From: Chloroflexota bacterium
GTDB lineage: Bacteria; Chloroflexota; Dehalococcoidia; Dehalococcoidales; RBG-16-60-22
Reading direction: 5' to 3'
Assembly (NCBI GenBank): GCA_018829775.1
Contig: JAHJTL010000097.1
Location: 15,658-79,657, forward strand
Length of the DNA stretch: 64,000 bases
The notes beneath the pieces are model-generated. The model did not search any database. It was given only the letters and a program-made list of their open reading frames with translations, and had not been told where the DNA came from. Both the position numbers and the translations under genes were made by a program. This document shows, piece by piece, positions 28,002 through 36,282 of the stretch (the stretch's first letter is position 1; every line of letters begins with the position of its first letter).

Positions 28002-28098
28002 GGCTTTTCCTTAACATAAAATTTGAATTATCGCCATTTTAACATTTTTACTATCGGAAATGCAACAGCCAGATTTGGTTCAGGGGGGTGTTAGCAGG

Positions 28099-28872
28099 CT
28101 AGTCAATACTGTAGGCTACCTGTACGGATAACCTGATTTCGGTTTCCCCCGGACTGATTGAGGTAGGCGCTGCCGCCGGTGCCGGCATTGGTGCTCCAGC
28201 ATAGAACTCGCGCACCACCGGCATGGAAGCCCCGCTCTCGCTGATATAGGTTGGTCTGCCCAGCTTAACCTTGCCCAGGTCGGCCAGCTGCTCCGCCCTG
28301 GCCTTGGCATCGGCCATGGCCAGTTCACGGGCTTCTTCATAATAGACAGACGGGTCATCCACGGTAAAGCTGATGCTGTTGACCTTGATATAGTCACCGC
28401 CAGCCCGGGCTACCGCGTCAATGACAGTTCCCGTATCCTCCACGTTCCTGACCTTGACGGTCACCATGTTGGTGACCCGATAGCCGACCAGTACTTCTCG
28501 GCCATCCTTTTCCGACCATCTCCTTACCGGGTAGATGCTGAACTGCTGCGTTTTGATGTCCTTCTCGGCAATGCCGGAGTTATCGAGCTCATCAATCACC
28601 GCCGTCATGACAGTCGCTGCGTAGCTTTGTGCCTCGGCAACACTGCTCGACTGCACTTCCACACCCAGGCTGAGGATGGCGACATCCGGAACAACGCTGA
28701 CCTTTCCCTCCCCGGTGACCCAGATGCCGTTGTTCTGCAGGTTGATTGTGCCGCCCAAGGCAGACTGGGCTTTGGGCGTTACCGATGGTGGCGAGAGCGA
28801 TTCACACCCCACCAGACCGAGAATAATGCTCGGGAGCACCAGAGAAAGAACAATCAAGGATTTCCAGCTCAT
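28099..28872 (-). CDS. SIMPL/DUF541-family lipoprotein
   Basis: Signal peptide with lipobox (LGLVGC). SIMPL-like VTGEGKVSVVPDVAILSLGVE and C-terminal SPGETEIRLSVQVAY. Confidence 0.75.
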   Translation of the reverse strand: MSWKSLIVLSLVLPSIILGLVGCESLSPPSVTPKAQSALGGTINLQNNGIWVTGEGKVSVVPDVAILSLGVEVQSSSVAEAQSYAATVMTAVIDELDNSGIAEKDIKTQQFSIYPVRRWSEKDGREVLVGYRVTNMVTVKVRNVEDTGTVIDAVARAGGDYIKVNSISFTVDDPSVYYEEARELAMADAKARAEQLADLGKVKLGRPTYISESGASMPVVREFYAGAPMPAPAAAPTSISPGETEIRLSVQVAYSID

Positions 28873-28963
28873 TGATTACCACCTTGTAATTTGAGTTTGT
28901 CTATTAAAAAGTATATCGAATAAAAGGGGGAAAATCAAGGCGACGCTATTCAGTGCGCTGGAA

Positions 28964-30046
28964 TCACAGTGCCTTCGTCGTTCCGTCAGAGTTGAAAAGG
29001 AACTTCCTGGCCCACAGGGAAACGTAGACCAGACCGATAAGCACGGGCACTTCAATAAGGGGGCCGACCACCGCGGCCAGTGCCTGCCCGGAATTGATGC
29101 CGAACGTGCCCACGGCAACGGCGATGGCCAGTTCAAAGTTGTTGCTGGCGGCGGTAAAGGATATGGTCGCTGTCTGTGAATAGGCGAACCTCAAGGCCCA
29201 GGAAATGAGATATGAGACGCCAAACATGAGCAGAAAATAAGCCAGCAGGGGAACGGCGATGCGCAGCACATCCATGGGCAGGGTTACGATGTATTCGCCT
29301 TGTATGGAGAACATGACGAAGATGGTAAACAGCAGGCCGACCATGGCTGTGGGGCTGAGGCGGGGGGCAAAGACCTGGTCAAACCAGGTTCTGCCTTTGT
29401 AGCGTAGGACGGAAAAGCGGGTGATGATGCCGGCGACAAGCGGGATACCGAGGAATATGAGGACGCTTTTGGCGATGTCCCACATGGATACCCTGACGAT
29501 GGTGGCCTCGTCGCCGCTGAGCCATGATGAGGCGATGGTGATGTAGAAATAGGCCAGCACGGAATAGAAGAGCATCTGGAAGATGGAATTCAGGGCGACC
29601 AACACCGCGCAGTATTCATTATCTCCTTCCGCCAGCAGGTTCCAGATGAGCACCATGGCGATGCACCGCGCCAGCCCGGTGATGATCAGTCCCTCGCGGT
29701 ACTCCGGGTAATCTTGAAGGAACAGCCAGGCAAGGCCAAACATGATGACTGGGCCGATGAGCCAGTTCAGGATGATGGAGACGCCGAACATCTTCCAGGC
29801 CTGGGCGACCTTTGACAGCTCCTCGTACCTGACCTTGGTCAGTACGGGGTACATCATCCAGAGCAGGCCGATGGCGATGGGCAGCGAGACGGTATCGATG
29901 CGCAGGACATCGAATATAGTGGCTATTTCGGGGAAGAGGTAACCCATGCCCACCCCGAGCGCCATGGTAAGGAAAATCCAGACGGGAAGAAAACGGTCGA
30001 TTACGGAAAGGCGGCCGGCAACATTGGCTGATGCGCCGCTAGTCAT
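28964..30046 (-). CDS. acr3: Arsenite efflux transporter, ACR3 family
   Basis: LSVIDRFLPVWIF, polytopic BART-superfamily profile, FTAASNNFELAIAVA motif. Overlaps arsR by 8 nt. Confidence 0.85.
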   Translation of the reverse strand: MTSGASANVAGRLSVIDRFLPVWIFLTMALGVGMGYLFPEIATIFDVLRIDTVSLPIAIGLLWMMYPVLTKVRYEELSKVAQAWKMFGVSIILNWLIGPVIMFGLAWLFLQDYPEYREGLIITGLARCIAMVLIWNLLAEGDNEYCAVLVALNSIFQMLFYSVLAYFYITIASSWLSGDEATIVRVSMWDIAKSVLIFLGIPLVAGIITRFSVLRYKGRTWFDQVFAPRLSPTAMVGLLFTIFVMFSIQGEYIVTLPMDVLRIAVPLLAYFLLMFGVSYLISWALRFAYSQTATISFTAASNNFELAIAVAVGTFGINSGQALAAVVGPLIEVPVLIGLVYVSLWARKFLFNSDGTTKAL

Positions 30047-30410
30047 GTGGTTTCCCTTTCTGTGCTGGTGTGCAGCCCGGTCCGGTGCGTTTTGCCAGTT
30101 TCAGCCTGCGCCTGTCTTCGGTCAGCGTTTCGTTCTCGATAGGGTGGTGTTGCAGTAACTGAGCAAGACGCGTGGCGTAGCGATTTGCCGTCTCCCGGTC
30201 TATGGAATACAGGACCCACAGTCCATTGCGCTGTGTTTTCAGCAGACCGGCGTTCTGCAGGATGCCAAGGTTACGTGAGGCCCTGGTCTGGGAGATATCG
30301 AGTGCCTGCATCACTTCACAGACACAGCACTCCCGTTCCAGAAGCAGGTGGAAAATCCTGAGGCGGGTCTCATCGGACAGGGCCTTCATTAACTGAATGA
30401 AATCTCGCAT
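30039..30410 (-). CDS. arsR: ArsR/SmtB-family metalloregulator
   Basis: LSDETRLRIFHLLLERECCVCEV (CVC metal site) followed by a winged HTH (ISQTRASRNLGILQNAGLL). Confidence 0.85.
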   Translation of the reverse strand: MRDFIQLMKALSDETRLRIFHLLLERECCVCEVMQALDISQTRASRNLGILQNAGLLKTQRNGLWVLYSIDRETANRYATRLAQLLQHHPIENETLTEDRRRLKLAKRTGPGCTPAQKGKPHD

Positions 30411-30538
30411 GATAAAAAACCAAAATATATGATTATATGCGCATTTCCGCTTATATTTTACGATTTAATTTCATGTCCGTCAATGAAAATGGGTATTGGG
30501 CCGTCTTGCCGACGTTCAAAAGCGCCGAGGTGAAATGT

Positions 30539-30544
30539 TATAAT
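30539..30544 (+). promoter_or_regulatory. Extended -10 box (TGtTATAAT) placed for a leaderless pcrA mRNA
   Basis: TATAAT at 30539-30544, preceded by TGT, with only 6 nt before ATG 30551. There is no SD. A possible -35 TTCAAA lies 18 nt upstream. Confidence 0.45.
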
Positions 30545-30550
30545 GAGACG

Positions 30551-32737
30551 ATGGATATCCTTGCCGACCTCAATCCTGCGCAGCGGGAAGCCGTTGAGAT
30601 GATAAGCGGGCCGGTGCTGATTCTGGCCGGGCCCGGGAGCGGCAAGACAAGGGTCATCACCCACCGTATTGCCTATCTAATCAAGGTCTGTGGAGTCAGT
30701 CCGCACCGCATCATGGCGGTCACTTTCACCAACAAGGCGGCCCGGGAGATGGAGGAGCGCCTGCGGAAGCTGGTGCGCAGCTCCGTTGACGAGTTGACCA
30801 TCGGGACCTTCCACGCCATCTGCGCCCGTATCCTGCGCCGTGATGGTAAAGCTGTTGGCGTCAATCCCGGCTTCGTTATATACGACGCCGAGGACCAGAT
30901 GACCCTGGTTAAACGTAGCCTTCAGGCGCTTGAACTCGACCCCAAGCAGTATAACCCTCGGTCGATTCTCTCGGCGATAAGCGCGGCGAAAAGTCGACTC
31001 TGGACGCCGGAGGAGTACCTGAAACATCGACACAGCTACTTCGATGAGATCGTCCAGCGCGTCTACGAGCGCTATCAGCAGTTCCTCACCGAGAGCAACG
31101 CGCTCGACTTCGACGACCTCCTGTTCAAGGTGGTGCACCTCTTCCGAAATAATGTTTCGGTGCTTTCACGCTACCAGTCGCGCTACCTGCACCTTCAGGT
31201 GGACGAGTTTCAGGATACCAACCTGGTCCAGTACGAGCTGATGAAACATCTGGCCGGGAAGTACCGCAATCTATGTGTCGTGGGCGACCCTGACCAGTCT
31301 ATTTATGCCTGGCGCTTTGCCGACCTTAGAAACATACTTAACTTTGAAAAAGATTACCCCGAAGCGAAGATAATCCTGCTGGAGCAGAACTACCGCTCCA
31401 CCAAAATGATCCTGGAGACGGCCAGCTACGTCATCTCGGCCAACCAGCAGCGCAAGCCCAAGGGGCTGTGGACGGAAAACGAGACGGGGTTGCTGCCCGA
31501 GATCGTGGAGACCTATACCGAGCAGGAGGAGGCGCAGTTTGTGGTCAATGAAATCGAGGAGCTGGTGGGGCGAGGGGAGTTCAGTCGGGGCGACTGTGCC
31601 ATAATGTACCGCACCAATGCCCAGTCGCGCGTCCTCGAGGAGGCGTTTGTTCGCTACGGCGTGCCCTACAAGCTGGTGGCCGGGACACGATTCTACGAGC
31701 GACGAGAGGTCAAAGATGTCATCGCCTACCTGCGACTCATTCTTAATTCAAGCGATAGCGTCAGCCTTCTACGTATCATCAATGTGCCCCAGCGCGGCAT
31801 CGGGCAGCGGACGGTAGCCGAGCTGTCTCAATGGGCAAGGGCGCGGGCCATCGCCGAGTACCGGGCCCTGCAGTTGCTCGTCGGGCAGAAGGAAGGTGAC
31901 GCCAAAGAGCACCGACCGACCTTTAATTCTCGTGCCGAGCGGGCGCTGACCGGCTTCGTCGCTTTAATGGAGGATTTCATTGCCAAAAGCAGAGATATGA
32001 ACCTGGTCGACCTGTTCGACCGTGTCGTGGAGCGTTCCGGCTACCGGGAATACCTCCAGAATATGACTGACGGTGAGGACCGCTGGGAGAATATATTGGA
32101 ACTGCGCACCGTGGCCCAGGATTATCGCGATTTGCCACCTCTTGAGGGCCTTTCCGCCTTTCTGGAAGGGGTGACGCTGGTGTCCGACGTCGACAGCTTC
32201 GATGAGCGGGTCGATGCCGCCACGCTGATTACCCTGCATCAGGCAAAGGGGCTGGAATTCCCGGTGGTGTTCATCGTGGGCATGGAGGACGGCATCCTGC
32301 CCCATATCAGGTCGTTCGACGACCCCGACCAGATGGAGGAGGAGAGGCGACTCTGCTACGTCGGCATCACGCGGGCCAAAAAGCATGTCTATCTGGTGCG
32401 CGCCTTCCGTCGCAGCTTCATGGGCAGCAGCAACATCAATCAGCCGTCGCGCTTCCTGCAGGATATCCCGCCGCACCTGATATCCGGTGGGGAGCGATGG
32501 CGCGGCGAGGACAGCGAGCTGGCCACGGCCATGTATTCCTGGAACCGGATGGCGGTGCCGCGACCGGAGCTCCCCGAACTGAGCCTCGGCGACCATGTTC
32601 ACCACCCGCAGTTCGGGAAAGGGGTGGTGGTGAGCTATAAACCGGTGAAGGACGACGTTGAGGTGGTGGTGGCCTTCGATGGGGCGGGGATAAAGAAACT
32701 TTTGCTCAGCTTTGCTAATCTGGAGAAGGCGGAATAA
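30551..32737 (+). CDS. pcrA: ATP-dependent DNA helicase PcrA/UvrD family
   Basis: The true start is ATG 30551: MDILADLNPAQREAVEMISGPVLILAGPGSGKT. SF1 motifs follow (VTFTNKAAREM, VDEFQDTN, VVGDPDQSIYAWR, LEQNYRST, TLHQAKGLEFP, YVGITRAK). The 38 aa added by the listed ORF show no helicase similarity. Confidence 0.92.
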   Translation: MDILADLNPAQREAVEMISGPVLILAGPGSGKTRVITHRIAYLIKVCGVSPHRIMAVTFTNKAAREMEERLRKLVRSSVDELTIGTFHAICARILRRDGKAVGVNPGFVIYDAEDQMTLVKRSLQALELDPKQYNPRSILSAISAAKSRLWTPEEYLKHRHSYFDEIVQRVYERYQQFLTESNALDFDDLLFKVVHLFRNNVSVLSRYQSRYLHLQVDEFQDTNLVQYELMKHLAGKYRNLCVVGDPDQSIYAWRFADLRNILNFEKDYPEAKIILLEQNYRSTKMILETASYVISANQQRKPKGLWTENETGLLPEIVETYTEQEEAQFVVNEIEELVGRGEFSRGDCAIMYRTNAQSRVLEEAFVRYGVPYKLVAGTRFYERREVKDVIAYLRLILNSSDSVSLLRIINVPQRGIGQRTVAELSQWARARAIAEYRALQLLVGQKEGDAKEHRPTFNSRAERALTGFVALMEDFIAKSRDMNLVDLFDRVVERSGYREYLQNMTDGEDRWENILELRTVAQDYRDLPPLEGLSAFLEGVTLVSDVDSFDERVDAATLITLHQAKGLEFPVVFIVGMEDGILPHIRSFDDPDQMEEERRLCYVGITRAKKHVYLVRAFRRSFMGSSNINQPSRFLQDIPPHLISGGERWRGEDSELATAMYSWNRMAVPRPELPELSLGDHVHHPQFGKGVVVSYKPVKDDVEVVVAFDGAGIKKLLLSFANLEKAE

Positions 32738-32751
32738 TTAATCGAAAACTA

Positions 32752-32780
32752 TTGACAGTATACACGGTATCGTGTAAAAT
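32752..32780 (+). promoter_or_regulatory. Candidate sigma-70 promoter for mutL (TTGACA-17-TAAAAT), nearly leaderless
   Basis: TTGACA 32752-32757, TAAAAT 32775-32780, ATG at 32790 with no SD. The spacer contains the inverted repeat TACACG-GTAT-CGTGTA (32761-32776). Confidence 0.5.
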
Positions 32781-32789
32781 AGTAATAAC

Positions 32790-34490
32790 ATGTCCATAAA
32801 AATCCTGGACAAAAAGGTCATTTCCCAGATCGCTGCCGGCGAGGTGGTGGAGCGGCCGGCCTCGGCGGTGAAGGAGCTGGTGGAGAACGCGCTCGATGCC
32901 GGGGCGAGCCAGATAGCCGTTGAGGTTCGAGGCGGTGGCACCAGCCTCATCCGGGTCATGGACAACGGCGCCGGCATACCATCGGATGAAGTAGAACTGG
33001 CGTTTGAGCGCTACGCCACGAGCAAGATAATCGACCTGGCGGATTTGCAGTCGATTGCCACCCTCGGTTTCCGAGGGGAAGCCCTGCCCAGCGTTGCCGC
33101 GGTGGCGCAGGTGGATATCCTGACCAGTGCCGCCGGCGAGGCAACGGGCACCTATATCAGCGTCCAGGAGGGGAAAGTGTCGGTTCGGAAGAGCCAGGCC
33201 CGACCCCAGGGGACGACGGTAACCGTGCGCGACCTTTTCCGCAATGTACCGGCGCGACGTAAATTCCTCAAGTCGGTGCCCACCGAGAACGGCCACATCG
33301 CTAACGTGCTCAGCCAGTACGCCCTCGCCTACCCCAAGGTCGGCTTTGCCCTTTTCCTTGAGGGGAAAAAGGCGCTGGGCACGGTGGGGAGGGGTCGACT
33401 CATCGACAGCATCATCGAGGTGTACGGCGCGGAAGTCGCCCGACATATGCTGGAAGTTCCGGAGAGCGGGTGGGGGAGCGGAGAGGCGCAGGTCGGCGTT
33501 ACCGGGATGATCGGCTCGCCGTCGATAAGTCGCTCCAGTCGTGGCTACCTGAGTTTCTTCATCAATCGACGCTGGGTGAGCAGTCGACTCCTCGCCTGGT
33601 CGGTGACGGAGGCGTACCACGGGCTACTGCCTCAGGGGAAGTACCCGGTGGCGGCGCTCGCCATTTCGCTGCCAGCGTCAGAAATCGATGTCAACATCCA
33701 CCCCGCCAAGAGCGAGGTGAAGTTCCAGCACGAGCACCAGGTGTTTACCGCCGTCCAGAAAGCGGTGCGACAGACGCTGATTGCCCAGACGCCGGTGCCG
33801 CGCATTGAGGAGGTGGCTGTGACCTATGGCGCCCCCTCGCGACAGGCGGAAATCGACTGGTCGCGTATCGTGGCCAGCCAGGGAGTTGCCAGCCGCCCAT
33901 TTGAAACACCGCAGCCGCTAACCGTCGCATTGCCGGTGCTGCGAGTTCTCGGGCAGCTGATGGGCAGCTACGTTGTGGCCGAGGGGCCCGACGGCCTGTA
34001 TCTCATCGACCAGCATGCGGCGCACGAGCGCATTGTTTTCGAGAAGGTGAAGGAACAGCGCTCGAAGAATGAAATCGAGGTGCAGGGCCTGCTCGAACCG
34101 GTGCCCTTCGAAGTCACGCCGCAGCAGGAAGTCGTTATGAAGTGGCAACATCAGGCTCTGGCCGAATTCGGCTTCTCGCTGGAGCCGTTTGGCGACCGCA
34201 CCTATCTGGTCCGGTCGGTGCCGCTGGCGCTGAGCGGGGGCGACTGGCCCGGGACGCTGCGGGAGCTGCTGGATTCGGGGGAGGCGGGCGACTGGGAGGA
34301 GAGGGTTGCCGTTTCCATCGCCTGCCACAGCGGCGCGGTGAAGGCGAACCAGGTATTGAGCGACGACGAAATGCGGGCGCTGGTGCGGCAGCTGGAGAAG
34401 ACGGCCGTGCCCCACACCTGCCCCCACGGCCGACCCACGTTAATCCATATCGATGCCGCGCAACTGCGACGGGAGTTCGGGCGGGGATAG
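32790..34490 (+). CDS. mutL: DNA mismatch repair protein MutL
   Basis: ISQIAAGEVVERPASAVKELVENALDAGA, DNGAGI, ATLGFRGEAL, NRRWV, IHPAKSEVKF. C-terminal endonuclease-type motifs (DQHAAHERIVFE, ACHSGAVKAN, CPHGRP). Confidence 0.95.
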   Translation: MSIKILDKKVISQIAAGEVVERPASAVKELVENALDAGASQIAVEVRGGGTSLIRVMDNGAGIPSDEVELAFERYATSKIIDLADLQSIATLGFRGEALPSVAAVAQVDILTSAAGEATGTYISVQEGKVSVRKSQARPQGTTVTVRDLFRNVPARRKFLKSVPTENGHIANVLSQYALAYPKVGFALFLEGKKALGTVGRGRLIDSIIEVYGAEVARHMLEVPESGWGSGEAQVGVTGMIGSPSISRSSRGYLSFFINRRWVSSRLLAWSVTEAYHGLLPQGKYPVAALAISLPASEIDVNIHPAKSEVKFQHEHQVFTAVQKAVRQTLIAQTPVPRIEEVAVTYGAPSRQAEIDWSRIVASQGVASRPFETPQPLTVALPVLRVLGQLMGSYVVAEGPDGLYLIDQHAAHERIVFEKVKEQRSKNEIEVQGLLEPVPFEVTPQQEVVMKWQHQALAEFGFSLEPFGDRTYLVRSVPLALSGGDWPGTLRELLDSGEAGDWEERVAVSIACHSGAVKANQVLSDDEMRALVRQLEKTAVPHTCPHGRPTLIHIDAAQLRREFGRG

Positions 34491-34495
34491 AAGTA

Positions 34496-34951
34496 TTATG
34501 ACTCTACCTCCTGAGGCTTCTGCAGCAGTTCCCAGCGCACCATGCCGTCCTCGATAAGCTGGCGGATTTTTCGCTCCTGAGGGGTGAGCTGCGCGCTCCG
34601 ACCGGACTTTATCTCCATGATGACGATTTCCTCCGGCTCGCCGCGGGAAAGGCCCGGGAAAACGATTAAATCTATCGGGCTGCCGATGAAGCGGGCTTCG
34701 GTGGGGTCATATTTGAACTCGGGAAGGTAGGGCGCCATCTGTTCGGTGAACTTGCCCCCCAGCACCGCCCGACTCTGTGTCACAGCCTCGCGGACCGCCT
34801 TTTCCCTTTCCTCTTCCCACTTCAACCACACCTCTTCCTGCCAGTGCCTGAACTTATTTTCATATCGGTAGCGGGTGGTGAAGTACACGAGCAGGATACC
34901 CAGAATCGCGGCGACGGTTATTATGACAATGACTAGGGCAACGACATCCAT
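34496..34951 (-). CDS. Membrane-anchored endonuclease related to archaeal Holliday-junction resolvases (Endonuc_Holl-like)
   Basis: N-terminal TM helix, then ...SRAVLGGKFTEQMAPYLPEFKYDPTEARFIGSPIDLIVFPGL...IVIMEIKSGRSAQLTPQERKIRQLIEDG. This matches my recollection of that family; it was not verified by any search. Confidence 0.55.
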   Translation of the reverse strand: MDVVALVIVIITVAAILGILLVYFTTRYRYENKFRHWQEEVWLKWEEEREKAVREAVTQSRAVLGGKFTEQMAPYLPEFKYDPTEARFIGSPIDLIVFPGLSRGEPEEIVIMEIKSGRSAQLTPQERKIRQLIEDGMVRWELLQKPQEVES

Positions 34952-35039
34952 GGCAAACCTCCCCGAATCTTATAGGTATACCGGATATTGTCAATGCTGA
35001 AGGTGATAGGCGCTTTTATTCGTATTATATATACCTTGG

Positions 35040-35618
35040 TTAGCTCGTCGGCTGCTGGCTGCTGCCCGGCTTTATCAGCGGAACTTTGGCGGCGCACAGC
35101 GGGCACTCTTCGGGATGGTAGGCAACCGTGGCGGCGCGGTGGCAGCTGAAGAGGGGAAAGCCGAAGTCCTGCGCCTGCTCGGAACGGTCGACCAGCACGC
35201 CGATGCCGATGATATTACCACGTAATTTTTTGACGGCAGCGATAACCTCGCGGATGGAGCTGCCCGTGGTCAGGATGTCATCAACGATAAGCACCCGTTC
35301 ATCGGGGTTTACCGTGAAGCCTCGACGGAAGCTCCTTTCCTCGCCTTCTTTCTCGGCGAAGATACCGCAGACGCCCAGCTGTCGGGCGACCTCAAAGGCG
35401 AGGATGATGCCGCCGGTGGTCGGCCCGGCAACGACCTGCACATTCTGGCTGCGGAAGTGGTCGGCGATCATCCGGCAGAGTTGCTCGGTATAGTTGGGAA
35501 ATTGCAGGACGCGGAATTTCTCCCAGTAAACAAGGGAGTGAAGTCCGGAGGTGAGCAGGAAGTGGCCTTTGAGCAGAGCCCCTGATTTCTGAAAAATCTC
35601 TTCCGTTTTGTCGACCAT
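35040..35618 (-). CDS. pyrE: Orotate phosphoribosyltransferase
   Basis: GHFLLTSGLHS and the PRPP-binding loop VLIVDDILTTGSSI. Confidence 0.85.
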   Translation of the reverse strand: MVDKTEEIFQKSGALLKGHFLLTSGLHSLVYWEKFRVLQFPNYTEQLCRMIADHFRSQNVQVVAGPTTGGIILAFEVARQLGVCGIFAEKEGEERSFRRGFTVNPDERVLIVDDILTTGSSIREVIAAVKKLRGNIIGIGVLVDRSEQAQDFGFPLFSCHRAATVAYHPEECPLCAAKVPLIKPGSSQQPTS

Positions 35619-35646
35619 TCATACATCCAGGCAGGTATCAGCCTAC

Positions 35647-36219
35647 CTATTTATATATATATTGTTGCACCAGGTATGAATTTATCAGGCTTACCAGCTG
35701 GTCTGACAGCGAGTGTTCTGGCACCAGTCCCCATATCGGTGGCGGCCAGATGGTAACCCAGGCTTTGCCGATGATGTTCTGGCGCGGGACCACCCAACCA
35801 TTGTGCGAGTCATTGCTTTGATTGCGATTGTCGCCGAGAACGAAATAATTGTTTGCCGGTATCTTTTGCTTGGTGAGTGGGTAACTGGGCGGGCTCTTGA
35901 TATAGGGCTCTTTCAATTCTATCCCGTTCACATAGACCGCGCCGTCTTTGACCTCCACCGTGTCCCTGGGCAGAGCAATGATGCGCTTGATGAATTCGCC
36001 CTTCTCACCGTTGCTCGGCTTGAAGACGATAACATCGCCTCTTTCCGGCTCGTGTATCCGATAGGCGACCTTGCTCACCAGGATACGCTGGCCGGTGTGA
36101 AAGCTCGGCTCCATGCTGATGCCGAGGACAATGACGGTGTCAATGGTGAAACGCAATAAGAAGAAAATGGACAGAGCGAGTACGACGGTGATTATAAGTT
36201 CCCGGAAAAAAGCTTTCAT
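35647..36219 (-). CDS. lepB: Signal peptidase I
   Basis: N-terminal TM, catalytic GISMEPSF (Ser), RGDVIVFK, FIKRIIALPRD (Lys), VLGDNRNQSNDS. Confidence 0.9.
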   Translation of the reverse strand: MKAFFRELIITVVLALSIFFLLRFTIDTVIVLGISMEPSFHTGQRILVSKVAYRIHEPERGDVIVFKPSNGEKGEFIKRIIALPRDTVEVKDGAVYVNGIELKEPYIKSPPSYPLTKQKIPANNYFVLGDNRNQSNDSHNGWVVPRQNIIGKAWVTIWPPPIWGLVPEHSLSDQLVSLINSYLVQQYIYK

Positions 36220-36282
36220 TGTCTGCTTACTCCTGGTTTCCGTCCAATTATAGCCTATTTACGCTTCGCTTGCCAGTTCCAC

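Noticed and set aside
28002-28098. Possible FMN riboswitch upstream of ribE
   Set aside because: The gap is only 97 nt, AT-rich, and lacks the conserved FMN-element sequence blocks. A covariance-model scan would be needed for certainty.
32715-33620. 301-aa ORF antisense to mutL; the same applies to 33918-34427 and 31964-32605
   Set aside because: They lie opposite clear mutL/pcrA coding sequence and have no motifs. They are GC-driven shadows.
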